A stretch of 63,529 nucleotides of DNA, filler included, from Neolecta irregularis DAH-3 (taxonomy: Eukaryota), in assembly GCA_001929475.1 (NCBI GenBank). It is 7 parts of 7 records of this genome, joined end to end, with 100 filler letters (N's around TTAATTAATTAA, not from the genome) between each part and the next. Parts side by side here need not be neighbours in the genome. Positions count along the whole stretch, not along the records: positions 39,981 to 50,119 come from LXFE01000753.1; positions 50,220 to 57,494 come from LXFE01000759.1; positions 57,595 to 62,220 come from LXFE01000761.1; 4 more parts are not named here. One strand, given 5' to 3'. How positions within the stretch are numbered: position 1 is the first letter of the stretch; every line of letters begins with the position of its first letter. The notes under the pieces are model-generated. The model saw only the letters and a program-made list of their open reading frames with translations. It was not told the DNA's origin and ran no database searches. The position numbers and the translations under genes are program-made. Shown here in pieces: positions 46,019 through 59,053 of the stretch.

Positions 46019-48872
46019 ATGTCCGTTCCAGATCGTGCCGCGCGGACTCCGTTTTCACGAATCCAATCTCTCGGAAGAACTATTGCAACTGGAATATCTG
46101 CGCCAGTTTCAGGTTCAGGACAGTCTACTTCGTCGATATTTACCCCGGATCCACCTCGAACAGCACATCCTCACACAATAATATCGAGTCGCGTTAACAG
46201 GTTCGCGATTAAATATGACGTGAATGCGCCTATAGCTGCGATAGCCGCAGATCCAGAATACGAGCGGGTCGTTGTGGCAGGAAGAGAAGGTGACTTGCGG
46301 TAAGAAATGGCTGCTAAACATCAAAGTTCTCAAAATTCTTCGTGTTTCATCATTCGCAATTACTGAAGACTTGAATCTCAGGTCCACCTTACAGCGCAGT
46401 CTCAATTACGCAGCAAACGACGTCAAGTGGGGAAACAATGGCATGAATCAATGAATATGCCTACATTAACTGCAAAGCCACCAAGAACAACATTGCAACT
46501 GCAGCAGTAAATGGATCAATTGTTATTTGGGACGCAAATCGAGGAAGACTTGACCGTGTCATTCAAGAACATAAAAGAGCCGTCAACCGGCTGACATTCA
46601 GTCCCAACAATGGAAACTGGCTTGTAAGTGCATCTCAAGATGGAACTATGAGGCTGTGGGTATACCAGATCCTATCTAGACATTTACAAAACAACAGGAT
46701 CTGCGAGACTCTTCGGGATCTGCCCAAATCACCATGGAAGGCAAGGCAGATGCGGTTCGTGATATCACTTTCAATGCAGCAAACGCTACTGAACTTGCTG
46801 CTTCTTTTGAAAATGGCGTCATTCAGGTACTTTTCATCATACAAATTATACTAATACCAAGCGCTGGGATATTCGCCGTCCGAAAATATACGGTCTTAAA
46901 CTGAATGCTCATAATGGTATTGCACTCTCTGTTGACTGGCATCCAGACGGCAAGCATCTTGCTAGTGGAGGACGCGATAAACAGATTAAAATATGGAATT
47001 TTCATTCAGATAATCGTAAACCTCAGCAGACATTACAAACCATGGCTCCAGTGGTCCGGGTTCTTTGGAGACCTAGTGAAGGTACAACAGAACTCGCATC
47101 ATGTTCTTTGCAGTCTTTCAATGCCATTCAAATTTGGAACCTCAAACGGCCATATGTACCTAGTCGATTGCTGGATGAGCACGACAATGTTGCCACAGGT
47201 AAGCTTTTGCAACCACGGGGCTAATAAAAAGGGATTGTCTGGAACAATGAAGACGTACTGTGGTCCAGTTCCAAAGATAAAACATTTGTCAGACATGATA
47301 TCCGAACAGCTTCCAGGCCTCTGACTAATTTGCCGCCTTCAGCAGTAGCCTGGAGTCCTCGAGGAGAGTTGTTTTATACTACTGATCTGAGAAAGACGAC
47401 TCGTTCGCATGTACATTTTGACAGTAGTGCTCCACTCGAAGACGATCCTCCAAGCCAAGAAAGCCGCAGGGGAATTTTTTTCAATCCTGCAAGAGCAACT
47501 ACACCGGTTTCAACAGCTAACATACCCTTCGATGTTCATATTCCACAGCATTTGACAACCTTTATAAGTTTTCCGTCAACTTCTACTTCAAAGTTTGATA
47601 TACTTGCCAAAATTTATGTCACTACATGCGATGAAAGTATGTCTTTTTCCGAGGCATGTAAGTGGAACTCGCAAGCTGCGTTGCGTATCCGTGATTATCG
47701 AACGAGTCAGACCTGGACGATACTGATGCAAATTTACACTTGGTTTGAGGACGATATCCATTCTGCCAGATTAAAACGCACAGAAAAAAGCACCAATCAG
47801 AAATCTGTACAATTACCTGACCAAGATCATTCAGGCCAAGCCCAAAATGAAAGTATCTTAGATACCAGAATAACTTCTCCCTCCTCCATCAGTCCACGAA
47901 TTCAAATAGAGCAGCCACATCGACGGTATATCTCATCATCAGAAAAGCCATGTATACTTTTCGAAGATATATCAGACCTTTCAAGTACATCTGAAAAATC
48001 AGAGAGTCCGATACAGCAGCATGCACTTGCACGAACTGCTTCTCCTATGCGCAAGTTATCCACTAATGATACTGGGTCGCCGCGATCTCCATACCCGGAT
48101 CCCGTCATCACACAGACATATAACTCACAACATCGAGGCTGTCCAGAGAGCTACGAGTCCAGCAGGAGCGGAAGTACACAGGACCATTCAACAGAAAGCG
48201 CAAGAGATACCGAAGGCGAGGTTACAGAAGTTCATGATCGTATGAAAGATAGTCTTATCACTGTTCGTCCCGCTACCGGCTTATCTGGAGCCAGTACCCT
48301 TCTAGCTAAGCCTCAATATGTTCAGCCAGTACTCGAACCTACTTGGACGTTCAAAGCTGTATTTCGTCAGCTTTTCGATTATTATATTTTACTTGGAGAT
48401 GTGCAAATGGCTGCAACCTTGTCCCTTTTAATTGGTGATGACATTGAATTGCCTGCTGAGCAAGTTCGTCAGTTGATTTCAGGATACATTGGTATACCAT
48501 TGAAATCATCCATCTCCATAACACTTGTTAGAACTTTTACACCGGCAGGAGCTGTATGTTACTGCGGCCGAGATTTTCAATTCAACATCAATCAATGAGA
48601 TTCGTGAACTTGGCCAAGGAGATATGACGATACCTTTATCCTGCGAACGATGTCAAAAACCTGTGGTTGCGACCAAAATAGTAAACGAATTGTGGTACTG
48701 TGCAAGATGTCGAACAAAACTATCTGTCTGCTCTATATGCCACCTACCAATTAAAGGACGTAGTTTTTGGTGTCAAAAATGTAATCATGGGGGTCATCTC
48801 ACTTGTGTCGAAAAGTGGAAATTGGAGTGTGATGAAAAATATTGTGCAACTGGCTGTGGATGTCGTTGTTAG
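46019..48872 (+). CDS. RTC1: SEA/GATOR2 subunit Rtc1/Sea2 (WDR24)
   Basis: N-terminal WD40 repeats (VVAGRE, EHKRAVNRL, SGGRDKQIKIW), GDVQMAATL and a C-terminal Cys-rich RING. Confidence 0.88.
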
Positions 48873-49045
48873 TATTTTGCGGTTTTTCAATCAGGGATTT
48901 TTCGGGCGGTTTAATGAGATAATAGTAATGCCAAGTTTGGGTCAGTAGCATCCGAGATTGAAAACTCTGCACAGATTCCATAATCCATGTCATTGTTTCT
49001 ATAAACACACATGATAATGTTGCAGAACCAATAAATCCACAAACT

Positions 49046-49615
<570 letters not shown>

Positions 49616-49882
49616 TGGGTGATAAAGCAATTGGCAATCGAGATTTGGTGGTGAGGCCGCTACAGTTTACACCCCACCGTGACTGGCAGAAATGACCCTT
49701 AAATTCCCTTTTGGGGCAACAAGTGAGCCACAATCATGCAACTAGCCGGGAGCAACACACCGGTGCAATAAAGGGTTCTCTGATATTGTAACTCGACAGT
49801 ACTGGTTTGGTAACGGGGCTCCAAAAAGAACGGGGGATGCTGTGTTATATAACACAACAGAATACCTTTTATGTTTCATCTT

Positions 49883-49955
49883 TGCGACATGGACAAGTGG
49901 TTAAGTCGTCGGGCTCATAACCCGAAGGTCGCTGGATCGAAACCAGTTGTCGCAA
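49883..49955 (+). tRNA. Initiator tRNA-Met(CAT)
   Basis: TGCGACA/TGTCGCA acceptor stem (T1:A72), GGG/CCC anticodon stem around CAT and the initiator-type T-loop GATCGAAA. Confidence 0.93.
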
Positions 49956-50219
49956 TTGTTTTATTGATAGAGAATACTATTCAATATAATAGCTATTGAC
50001 TGAGAATATCCATTTTGAACTCTATATTATCAGTCTGAAACGCTATTTTATTTAGGCTGCGTTTGGTTCGCACTAAATTTCATAAAATGTGGCTTTCAAC
50101 AAATTGGAATTTCAGGCGCNNNNNNNNNNNNNNNNNNNNNNNNNNNNNNNNNNNNNNNNNNNNTTAATTAATTAANNNNNNNNNNNNNNNNNNNNNNNNN
50201 NNNNNNNNNNNNNNNNNNN

Positions 50220-52579
50220 CGGCTGTCGCTGCGCAGGCCGGCGCCAGACCCGCGGCCGCCTGCGCCCGCCGCCGACATCCCGCCCGTGCCGCCGCTCCCG
50301 AAATCGCTCCCCCCGCGCCTCTCGCAGCCGCCCATCCGCACAGGCCCCGCCCCGGGCACACTCACCCCGGTCAGGAAGCGCCCCACGCCCCTCTCCGCCA
50401 CAGAACCCCGCAAGGGCCGCGTCCTCTCCTCGGGCAGCTACATCCCCGCCCCCAAGCGCCAGCTCGAACCCATCGCCCTGCCCCCCATAAACATCCAGGC
50501 CCTCCCAACCCCCACCGTCCGCAAGGTCAACTCCATGCTCCCAAAAGCACCCTCCCCCCAGAAACTGGCCACAAAAACAGGCAGCAAGTCCCCCAGAGCC
50601 CCCACCACCCCGCTCACCGCCTCAAAATCCTCCTTCCACGACACTGGCTGCTCGTCCATCCCCCTCCCCCAGCGCAGCGTCTCCTCAAAGGCCATCTGTT
50701 CAAAATCAAGAAAAAACAGCCTCCAGACCCTCGCCCCCGCTCCAGACACCGCCAGACCCCCTTCCTCAGATACCCCCCGCAGGAGAATATCAGTCGCATG
50801 GCTCCGAAAGGATCCAAAAACCGCCACCCCCCCTCCAAAATACAATGCAGCTGTGCCCCTACCCCCAATGCCAGACCACCGCCTGTCAAACAGCACAGAC
50901 TCCATCCTATCAGCAACATCTTCCCCGGCTGCCGATCTCGACGCCGTAAACCAAGAGGTCCGCAGAGTCTCCTCGCGCAGAAAATTATCAAAAGTCGACC
51001 CAGAGGATCTCGATCTCTTGCAAGCAAGAGCTGTCCCAAACTCCCCAATGACCCCCTCTGAAGCCATCAAAAAATACTCCTCCATGATCACCCTTTATGA
51101 ACGCGGAGAATTGACAGAATACCAGGAAATTCACACCCTCGGCCACCAAAGCGCAAAAACAAGAGGCAATGATATCTCTCCAGATCGCAATTTTGGTTTT
51201 GACGATGATCGGGGCGATTATCTAATAGTCTCCGGCGACCATCTCGCCTACAGATTCGAAATTGTCGATATCCTTGGAAAAGGATCCTTTGGACAAGTTG
51301 TACGATGCTTTGATCGACGCAACGGTGGCCTATCCGCAGTCAAAATCATCCGAAACAAGAAACGGTTTCATCAACAAGCCTTGGTCGAAGTCAAAATCCT
51401 TCAAGATCTCAATTCCTGGGTAGTTGTTTTTTCCTATTGTTTTTATTTACTAACCTTTAGGACCTGCAGAATAAACATAATCTCGTTCGATTCACTCAAC
51501 ATTTCTACTTTCGTGGACATTTATGCATTGCCACTGAACTTCTTGGAATCAATTTATATCAATTCATAAAAGCTAATGATTTCCGAGGATCCTCTATAAA
51601 TCTTATTCGAGCGTACATTCATATCCTGAAACTGCCTAACATCAAGATTCACTAGACAAATGTTGAATACACTTGTCCTAATGCGAAAACATCGAATAAT
51701 TCACTGCGATTTAAAACCTGAAAATGTCTTGCTAGTACACCCTTTCAAAAGTGATATCAAAGTAATCGATTTCGGATCCAGTTGTTTTGAAAATGAAAAA
51801 GGTTGCAAGATGCGTTATTCCTCCTATGCTTATTTTTCTAGTATACACATACATTCAATCCCGATTTTATCGATCGCCTGAAGTTATCCTGGGGATGAGT
51901 TACGGTATGGCTATTGATATGTGGAGCCTGGGCTGTATTCTATCCGAATTACATACAGGGTATCCACTTTTCCCCGGTGAAAACGAGCAGGAACAACTTG
52001 CTTGTATCATGGAAGTCTTTGGACCTCCCGATAAACATTTAATCGAAAAAAGCACAAGAAAGAAACTATTTTTCGATTCATCTGGTAAACCCAGACCCTT
52101 CGTTTCTTCAAAAAATAAAAGAAGAAGACCCATGTCAAAAACTCTGGCGCAAGTTTTAAAAACTGAAGATTTGGCGTTTTTGGATTTCGTGAATAAATGT
52201 CTGCTGTGGAATCCAGATCACAGGTTACGACCTGACGAAGCTCTTTGTCACGAATATATAACCGGCATCAAACTCGATAAAGTACATGCCTCGTCAAGCA
52301 GCGCAGTCGGTACAACTCATAGACCACTCCCACAACCCCCTAGACTCACTCACGCTAATAAAGGTGCTTCAATCACGAAAATACCCATATCTCCTTATAA
52401 AAAATCCCTCCCCAATTCAACGGCTTCTCAACAAAGTCTATCTGCTCGTCCTCGAATCATCTCAACTTCATATTCCTCTCCAAATATTAGATCTGCAAAT
52501 CAATATACCGCAGCAGTATCCTCTGTACATATTTTCCTCCCATTTAATACTAACAAATCAGGGTCAGCCTATTTCCTAA
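50220..52579 (+). CDS. DYRK-family kinase, Pom1-like (5' end lost in the spacer)
   Basis: [11 protein letters not shown] box, [17 protein letters not shown] and [13 protein letters not shown], after a long Pro/Ser-rich N-terminus. Confidence 0.92.
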
Positions 52580-52986
52580 AAATGCTTTCTTTCTTTCCTG
52601 ATTTCTTCTTCCTTATATTCTGTATACAAGCCTTAGATCTGTCCCACTTTTTTCCCATCATCATCATCATTTATTTTATTTTTCTTTGGATTTTGCTTGG
52701 GCGCATAGTATTTCGTGCCGGTGGTCATGCTAAACATTCCTCTCGGGGCGTTTTTTTAATGAAATAGATTTGGTGTTGCGGAAGGGAATTTTAAATTCCT
52801 TGAATTCAAATAGATAATGAAATAAACCTGAAAAATCCCGGGATGTGTCTTGTCGGTTTCCCCTGCATGACCGCTTCGGTGGTGGTGGCTGGCGTACGGG
52901 GCATACACAGGCGTTGCAACTTTAACTATTTTTTGGATCAAAGATGAGCATTAGTATTAATATTAATGTGAAACGGCTAGACTAAT

Positions 52987-53070
52987 CTCATGACTTCCAA
53001 GAACGATATTCTAGCTCATGACATCCAATGACGATATTGTAGCTCATGACATCCAAGAACGATAGTTACG
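52987..53070. repeat. Tandem 28-bp minisatellite, 3 units
   Basis: CTCATGAC(T/A)TCCAA(GA/TG)ACGATA... repeated with period 28. Confidence 0.85.
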
Positions 53071-53287
53071 TATAATTAACAAATACAGTCCTACTATATT
53101 TATCAAGATCATATTTCTATATATGGCCACTTGTCCAACTACTTACCAACATCCTTCAACGAGAGTCTTGCGAGTCATCGTCTTCCCCGCATTTGCCGCG
53201 CCGTAGTTTTCCACCGCCCCGCAACCGCCAACTACGCCCGGTGACGTCGCATCTCGTCTGTAGCACAATTCTTTGCACGCCGCGTGC

Positions 53288-55048
53288 ATGGACATTCAAC
53301 TACCATTTGATTCTCCAAAATACCTTTCTCGTCGTAGTCCCTCGAGTGGCTTATCAATGAGCGTGTCTCCGAGATCTCCTAGTTGGAAAGAATGGTTTAG
53401 AAAAGTCAGAGGTCTTCAGAGACATGAAGATCAGTGCACCGAACGTAAAGTTTTCAATAGAAATGAATCGAGGAAACGATGTACCGTTGCTGGCGTCAAA
53501 GACTGCGCGTTGAGAAGAGTAGTAATGATGTGTCATGGTGGATGGGCAGGTATGTTACAACATGTCAACCATATACTGTTCCTAATCCTTTTTCTTAGAA
53601 ACTTACCTGGCTTGTTGTCGCCTTCGTGAATCTCCTGTTCGCCCAGCATTACAAACTCTTACTCCTCCAAATCTCATTATCCCACCTATGAACGACTTGG
53701 ATTTGATCCCGCTTGCAGATACCATCTCACAGTTCCCTGTAACTCGCGCCACAGCAGCGTTTCTATCAGACGAAGGACTACGTATTCTCCTCTGCTCTTT
53801 ATCCGGGAAAATAAAAAAAATAAGACTTGGAGGGTTAAAAATTACCGAAAAAGGATGGAGAATATTGGCCGCCTTTATCAGCATGGTACAAACCTCTTTC
53901 TCTCTTTTTTTTAATATAAATTAGAACGAACAGTTGCAAAGTCTTGAAATTCGGGAAACTTTGATTGTTGAAGGAGTCGTTGCTTGCTTGGTCGAAGCAA
54001 TTAATAAATCAAGTCTCGATCGACTATCTTTAAGGAAATGCGGTCCGATGACAGCTAGAGTATTTCAAGAGACTAATGTCCCGTTCATTGGAATTGGTGG
54101 TGACCAAGGTATTCTTGAAATATTACCGCACAAGACGAAAATCCGTGGAATAAGCATTTCTGAAATTCCCATGGTTTGGTCAAAGTGTTTATACCTGGCT
54201 GAAATGTTAGAATAACCTTGATTGGTTATTACCTTTATGTCCTATGCTAGTAGAACTAGAATTGCGAAAATGTTCAATTACCTCGGATTTATTGAATCCT
54301 ATTCTTGATAAATTGGAGAATATCGAACGGGTGGGATTGGCTGCGAATGATATTTTTCCCGGAGTCAGAATTGATAAGCTTTGCAATTGCGAGATATTGG
54401 ATATCAGTGAAACTCCAATCGCCAGTCTCGATGGACTAGTAGGTGAAAAAATGCAAGTATTACGACTTTACAATACCAGTATTTCAAATGACCAAATTCT
54501 TGAGGCTGTTCAATCGAGCAAGTTGATTCGGGTAGAAAAGAATAATTTGGACCCCTCGGTTGCAGAAATATGTTTGAAGCACATGGCATTCCCCTCGTTA
54601 TTTCGCTTTTCTCATATCGTGTAGGAGGAACAGCTCGAACTCGTGGGCCAAGGCGATCTGACACAGAGGGTGGCAGATGTTTACGATGTGCTACAGACAC
54701 AGGAGAACGGTACCTCTCCCTCTTTGTTTGGCTCATAAAGAACTGCTTTCCACTTCATTGGCATACCACTTTCCCAAAGCCACCTCACCCGAAAGCACAA
54801 ATTCCCAGTCCCTACAAAAGGGTCGCGCAATCAGTCCAACCGCCCAAGACGTTGAAGAAGGGAATTTCCACAGGCTCGCTACGTACCTCAAGGAAAATTT
54901 CAACATCACAGCCGACTGTGCCCAAGAAGAAGGTCGACTATATAGTGGTGAGGAAGTTCGACAGCGAGTTCGTAGTGTCGGCGGAGAAAGAATCGCAGAA
55001 GCGAAAACGAAAGAGCAATTGAAGGAATTATTGGGCATGCAAGAGTAA
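53288..55048 (+). CDS. Leucine-rich-repeat (RNI-like) protein, multi-exon
   Basis: LxxLxL repeats (LQSLEIRET, LDRLSLRKC, LVELELRKC, MQVLRLYNT). Exons 54625-55048 can be spliced on in frame. The model is approximate. Confidence 0.65.
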
Positions 55049-55192
55049 CTATTTTTTGGGCGGACCTCAGGCGTTGAATGTGTATAGCGGCGTTCATTCT
55101 ATTATTGTATACTCAATCGAAACTATTGTGAAATAAACTGCATAATCATATCGCACGTGAAACGAATTTTTTCCCATTATTACTCCTCCACA

Positions 55193-56127
55193 ATGATCCG
55201 CCGTACAAATCGCCAACGCAGAGAATATTTATATCAAAAATCTCAGGCCCAAAAAGATGCTTCTCATCAGGATAAATCTCTGCGTTTGAAAGTGCATTTG
55301 GATAAAGGTCAACGTTTGCCTGGCGATCTTCGTGATGAACGACTTTTAAAAGATTTTGTTTACGACGAATCACGTCTGGACCAGAATTTAGATGACGAAT
55401 ATTGGAATTCTGGGACTTTTGAGCCGCGAGTATTAATTACGACGAGCAGGGAACCGAGTTCCAAATTGATGCAATTTTGCAAGGTGTGTTTTTCTTTTTC
55501 AAATGAAAAAAGCTTATCAAGTGAAGGAAATGCACCATACAATTCCAAATAGCCAGAGAGTGAATCGAGGAAATATGGTTCTGCAGAGTATCAGTACACT
55601 TGCAAAAGCAAATGCCGTCACCGATGTTGTGTTGGTCCACGAACATCGGGGTGTTCCAGGTCCGTTGAACAGCCCTCTAAAAAATCATTAACAATTCAGA
55701 TGGACTGATTATTTCCCACTATCCTCATGGACCTACAGCCTACTTCACACTACATAACGTAAACCTGCGACACGATCTTCCTTCGGCTCCACCAATTTCC
55801 AAAGTTTATCCTCATTTGATATTTGACAATTTTTCAACAAAGCTGGGTGCACGGTTAACTTCAATTTTAAAAAATATATTTCCTCCAATCAAGCCGGATG
55901 CGAAGAACCCTAGGGTACTCAGCTTTCTGAATCAGAACGACTATATCAGTTTCAGGCACCATGTCTATGTGCATACGGGAAAAGAGCAAGTTGAACTCAG
56001 CGAAGTCGGACCCCGGTTTGAAATGCGGTGTTGGATGGTTCGCAGTGGAGTGGTAGAAGAAGAAGGAGAGACCGAGTGGAGATGGAGAGGTTATACGAAT
56101 ACAGCGCGGAAGAGAACCGAGTTATAG
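55193..56127 (+). CDS. IMP4: U3 snoRNP protein Imp4 (Brix domain)
   Basis: MIRR...RREYLY, LITTSREPSSKL, HEHRGVP, DYISFRHHVY and EVGPRFEMR. Confidence 0.95.
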
Positions 56128-56441
56128 AGTCATAAAAGGAAAATGTCATATTACTACCACGATATCTATTTGCATACACTAGATCCCATTAGCCAAGGGC
56201 CGCAACGGCAACGAAGAGCAGGCAGTGTCAATCAGATAGGAGCAAAAGACTGATGGCAGTGTGTCATCAACTGTATTCAGATGAACTATGCAATGGTGTG
56301 GAATCATCATTTTAAAGATAAAGGAAAGAACGTACCTGGTGTACAAATGGTTGGGTGAGATGAAAAAGTCTGCGCGGCAGCTTTTTATACTGCGGCATGA
56401 TCTTTTTCATGCACCCGTGATCTAGTCTGCGAAATCTCGCA

Positions 56442-57479
56442 ATGACTTCCCGCGACCAGAATCATTCGCCAGCTCGCTCTTTTCTCGCAGGGTCCGTGTC
56501 AGGCGTCACAAAGCTATTGGTGGGCCATCCGTTCGATACAGTCAAGGTTCGAATTCAGACTGGGATTTACAACTCGCCTTGGGCATGCCTCAAAGGAACT
56601 ATCATCAATGAAGGAATGAGAGGATTATATAAAGGAGCAACTCCTCCGCTGGTATGTTTGGCGTCGATTTGACTCCTACCAACCCGAGATCGGCTGGGCG
56701 TTTATGGATTCTCTGATGTTGGGGTCCCTTCATAATTATAAAGCCGCAATGAGATATCAAATGAATACCGACAATCTTCCTGTATGGGCCGTAGGGATCT
56801 GTGGAATGGGTGCGGGATGGACAGTAAGCTCTATTGCTTCTCCGGTAGAACACATCAAGGTGAATCTGTCCCTTCCTTTAAGCAAATATTGAATATACAG
56901 GCACGTCTTCAAATTCAACATTGTTCCACAAGCAAAACATATCACGGCCCGATCAATTGTTTCGTCAAGATTGTATACATCAAAGTCAATGTATATTTAC
57001 ATCGTAGTACGGAAGTCATGGCATCAAAGGCATCTATCAAGGCTTCTTCTCGACACTGGTTTTCCGATCCTGGTTTTTCACTTGGTGGGGAAGTTATGAC
57101 TTATACACGCGATGGCTATCACCGTATATGTCTGTTCCATCAACCAACTTTTGGGCGGGGTTTCTTCGTTTATCCTCTTGTCTCTGATAGTGCAGTGGTC
57201 TCTCGGCACAGACCTTTTGGCTTTTTTCATATCCTTTCGATGTTGTCAAACAAAGAATAATGGCAGATTCACTCCATAAGAGGCGATACCCACGTTGGAG
57301 AGATGCTTGGAACAGCATTGTTGTCGAACGAGCGTTTTACAAGGGCTTTTTGCCATGCTTTTTGAGAGCTTTTCCTGCAAACAGTGCTGCCCTGGTTGCA
57401 GTAAGTCTGCCTTAAAACTATCATGTTTATTTTATAGTTCGAAACCGCCATGAGCTCTCTCAAACAAGGGGGTCTTTGA
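56442..57479 (+). CDS. Mitochondrial carrier family protein (Ymc1/carnitine-carrier-like)
   Basis: Three Px(D/E)xxK motifs: GHPFDTVKVRIQ, SPVEHIK and YPFDVVKQRIM. Confidence 0.9.
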
Positions 57480-57724
57480 AGTTTCAAATTCTTCNNNNNN
57501 NNNNNNNNNNNNNNNNNNNNNNNNNNNNNNNNNNNNNNTTAATTAATTAANNNNNNNNNNNNNNNNNNNNNNNNNNNNNNNNNNNNNNNNNNNNACACAT
57601 GACTGTATACATACGAAATCAAGGAATTACATATGACTGTATACATACGAAATCTAATTTGAATTAACAAGCAGCGATTTGTCGCGCAAAGAAAAAGGAA
57701 AGAGAATTTACAATGGGGACATAT

Positions 57725-58878
57725 TTAGGCCCAAGCTCCGATCAAGGCCATTGCGGCGGCACCAGTCAAGAGTGAAGCGATAGCCGCAAACACAGTTGCA
57801 GGCTTTGCTACTCGAAGAGTGTCGTAGAAAAAGTCGTGAGCGAGTAATTCGACGATTGCAGCATATAGTAAAAGGCCTGCACTGATGGAATCGAAGATGC
57901 CTTGGACAATCAAAGAAGTGGCACTGGCTGGATCGTAAGACTTTCGAAGACCAAAGCCAATTGCACAGCCAATAGGGGTGCTGATTCCATATGTGAGTGC
58001 CATGAGGTATTGTTTTGGGGAACGGCGGGGAAGAGCAAGGGCAGCGATACGAGTGCCCAGACCAAGGCCCTCGAATGTTTCTTGCGGTCAGCCAAGCAAG
58101 GTGGGGGGGCTATACGATGAAAGATCACTGCGATAAATAAGGGGGTGAACTCGTCTTTTCCGGTAACCATGAGAGTCATTCCGATGAAAAGACTGTGGAA
58201 TACGATTCCAGCCTCGAGAATGGAGACGCCTAGGATCTGGGCCTGGAGGATTGCCTTGTTTGCATGTATATTATCCTGGCCATCAGCGCCGATGGCTGCC
58301 GGATCGGCATGGACGTCGACCAGGGTGTCTGCTTTTACGACGGTAGAAGAGGAAGAGTAAGAATTGGATCTCTGCGACGCGGCGCGCTTGTCGACGATGT
58401 CGAGGTAGCGGGTAGCAAAGTACTGGACGAAGAAGATGAAGAAGGCGGCGGCCATCATGATGGCGCCGGGACTCGCCGAGTATTTGGCGGTCCAATAGGA
58501 GCCGAGACACTCGTGGTTGAGGGAGCTGAATGCGCCGGGCATGATCTAAGCGGTCAGCGCAGGCCTGGCGGGGGGGGCGCACATGGATAAAGGCCGTGGC
58601 GAGGATGACGCCGGTGCCGAAATGCTTGACGACGAAGAACAGCAGCGGCGAGACGTGGATGCTGCGCACATGTCTGGCGGCGATGGGCGACAGTGCGGCT
58701 TCGATGTCAGCGGGGGAACAGGCAGCAGCAGCAAACCCAGCGTCGCGGTGGCCAGGATGACAAAGAGGGCGGCGAGTTTGAGGGCGGAGAGCTCTGGCGA
58801 GTATTCGTTTGCACCGCCGCAGGCATGGGTGTGGCTGTGGGCGTGCTGGTGGGCGCCGTGTCGTTTAGCGAGGAGCAT
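57725..58878 (-). CDS. ZIP family zinc transporter (Zrt1/Zrt2-like)
   Basis: KHFGTGVILATAFIH, LEAGIVFHSLFIG and SAGLLLYAAIVELLA, with a His-rich N-terminus. Confidence 0.92.
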
Positions 58879-59053
58879 GGCAGGGCGGGGGGAAGGTGGA
58901 AGGTGGAAGGAGGAAGAGGAAGGAGGCGGGAAGGCAGGGCGGGAGAGCAAACAGAGCAGGCAGCGCGCACAAAAGATGTGCGGGCACCCTGGCGGTTACG
59001 GCCTGAAACACCTTTCTACACCACCCAGATTTAATCTGGCCGTGCCAGGCACC

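Noticed and set aside
52987..53070. CRISPR-like array
   Set aside because: The units are contiguous with no unique spacers, the context is eukaryotic and there are no cas genes.
54586..54624. A fourth GC-AG intron, in the LRR gene
   Set aside because: An in-frame GT donor at 54559 is also possible, so it is ambiguous.
57595..57654. Short direct repeat ACATATGACTGTATACATACGAAATC, two copies
   Set aside because: It lies at a contig edge in a 3' flank and may be an assembly artefact.
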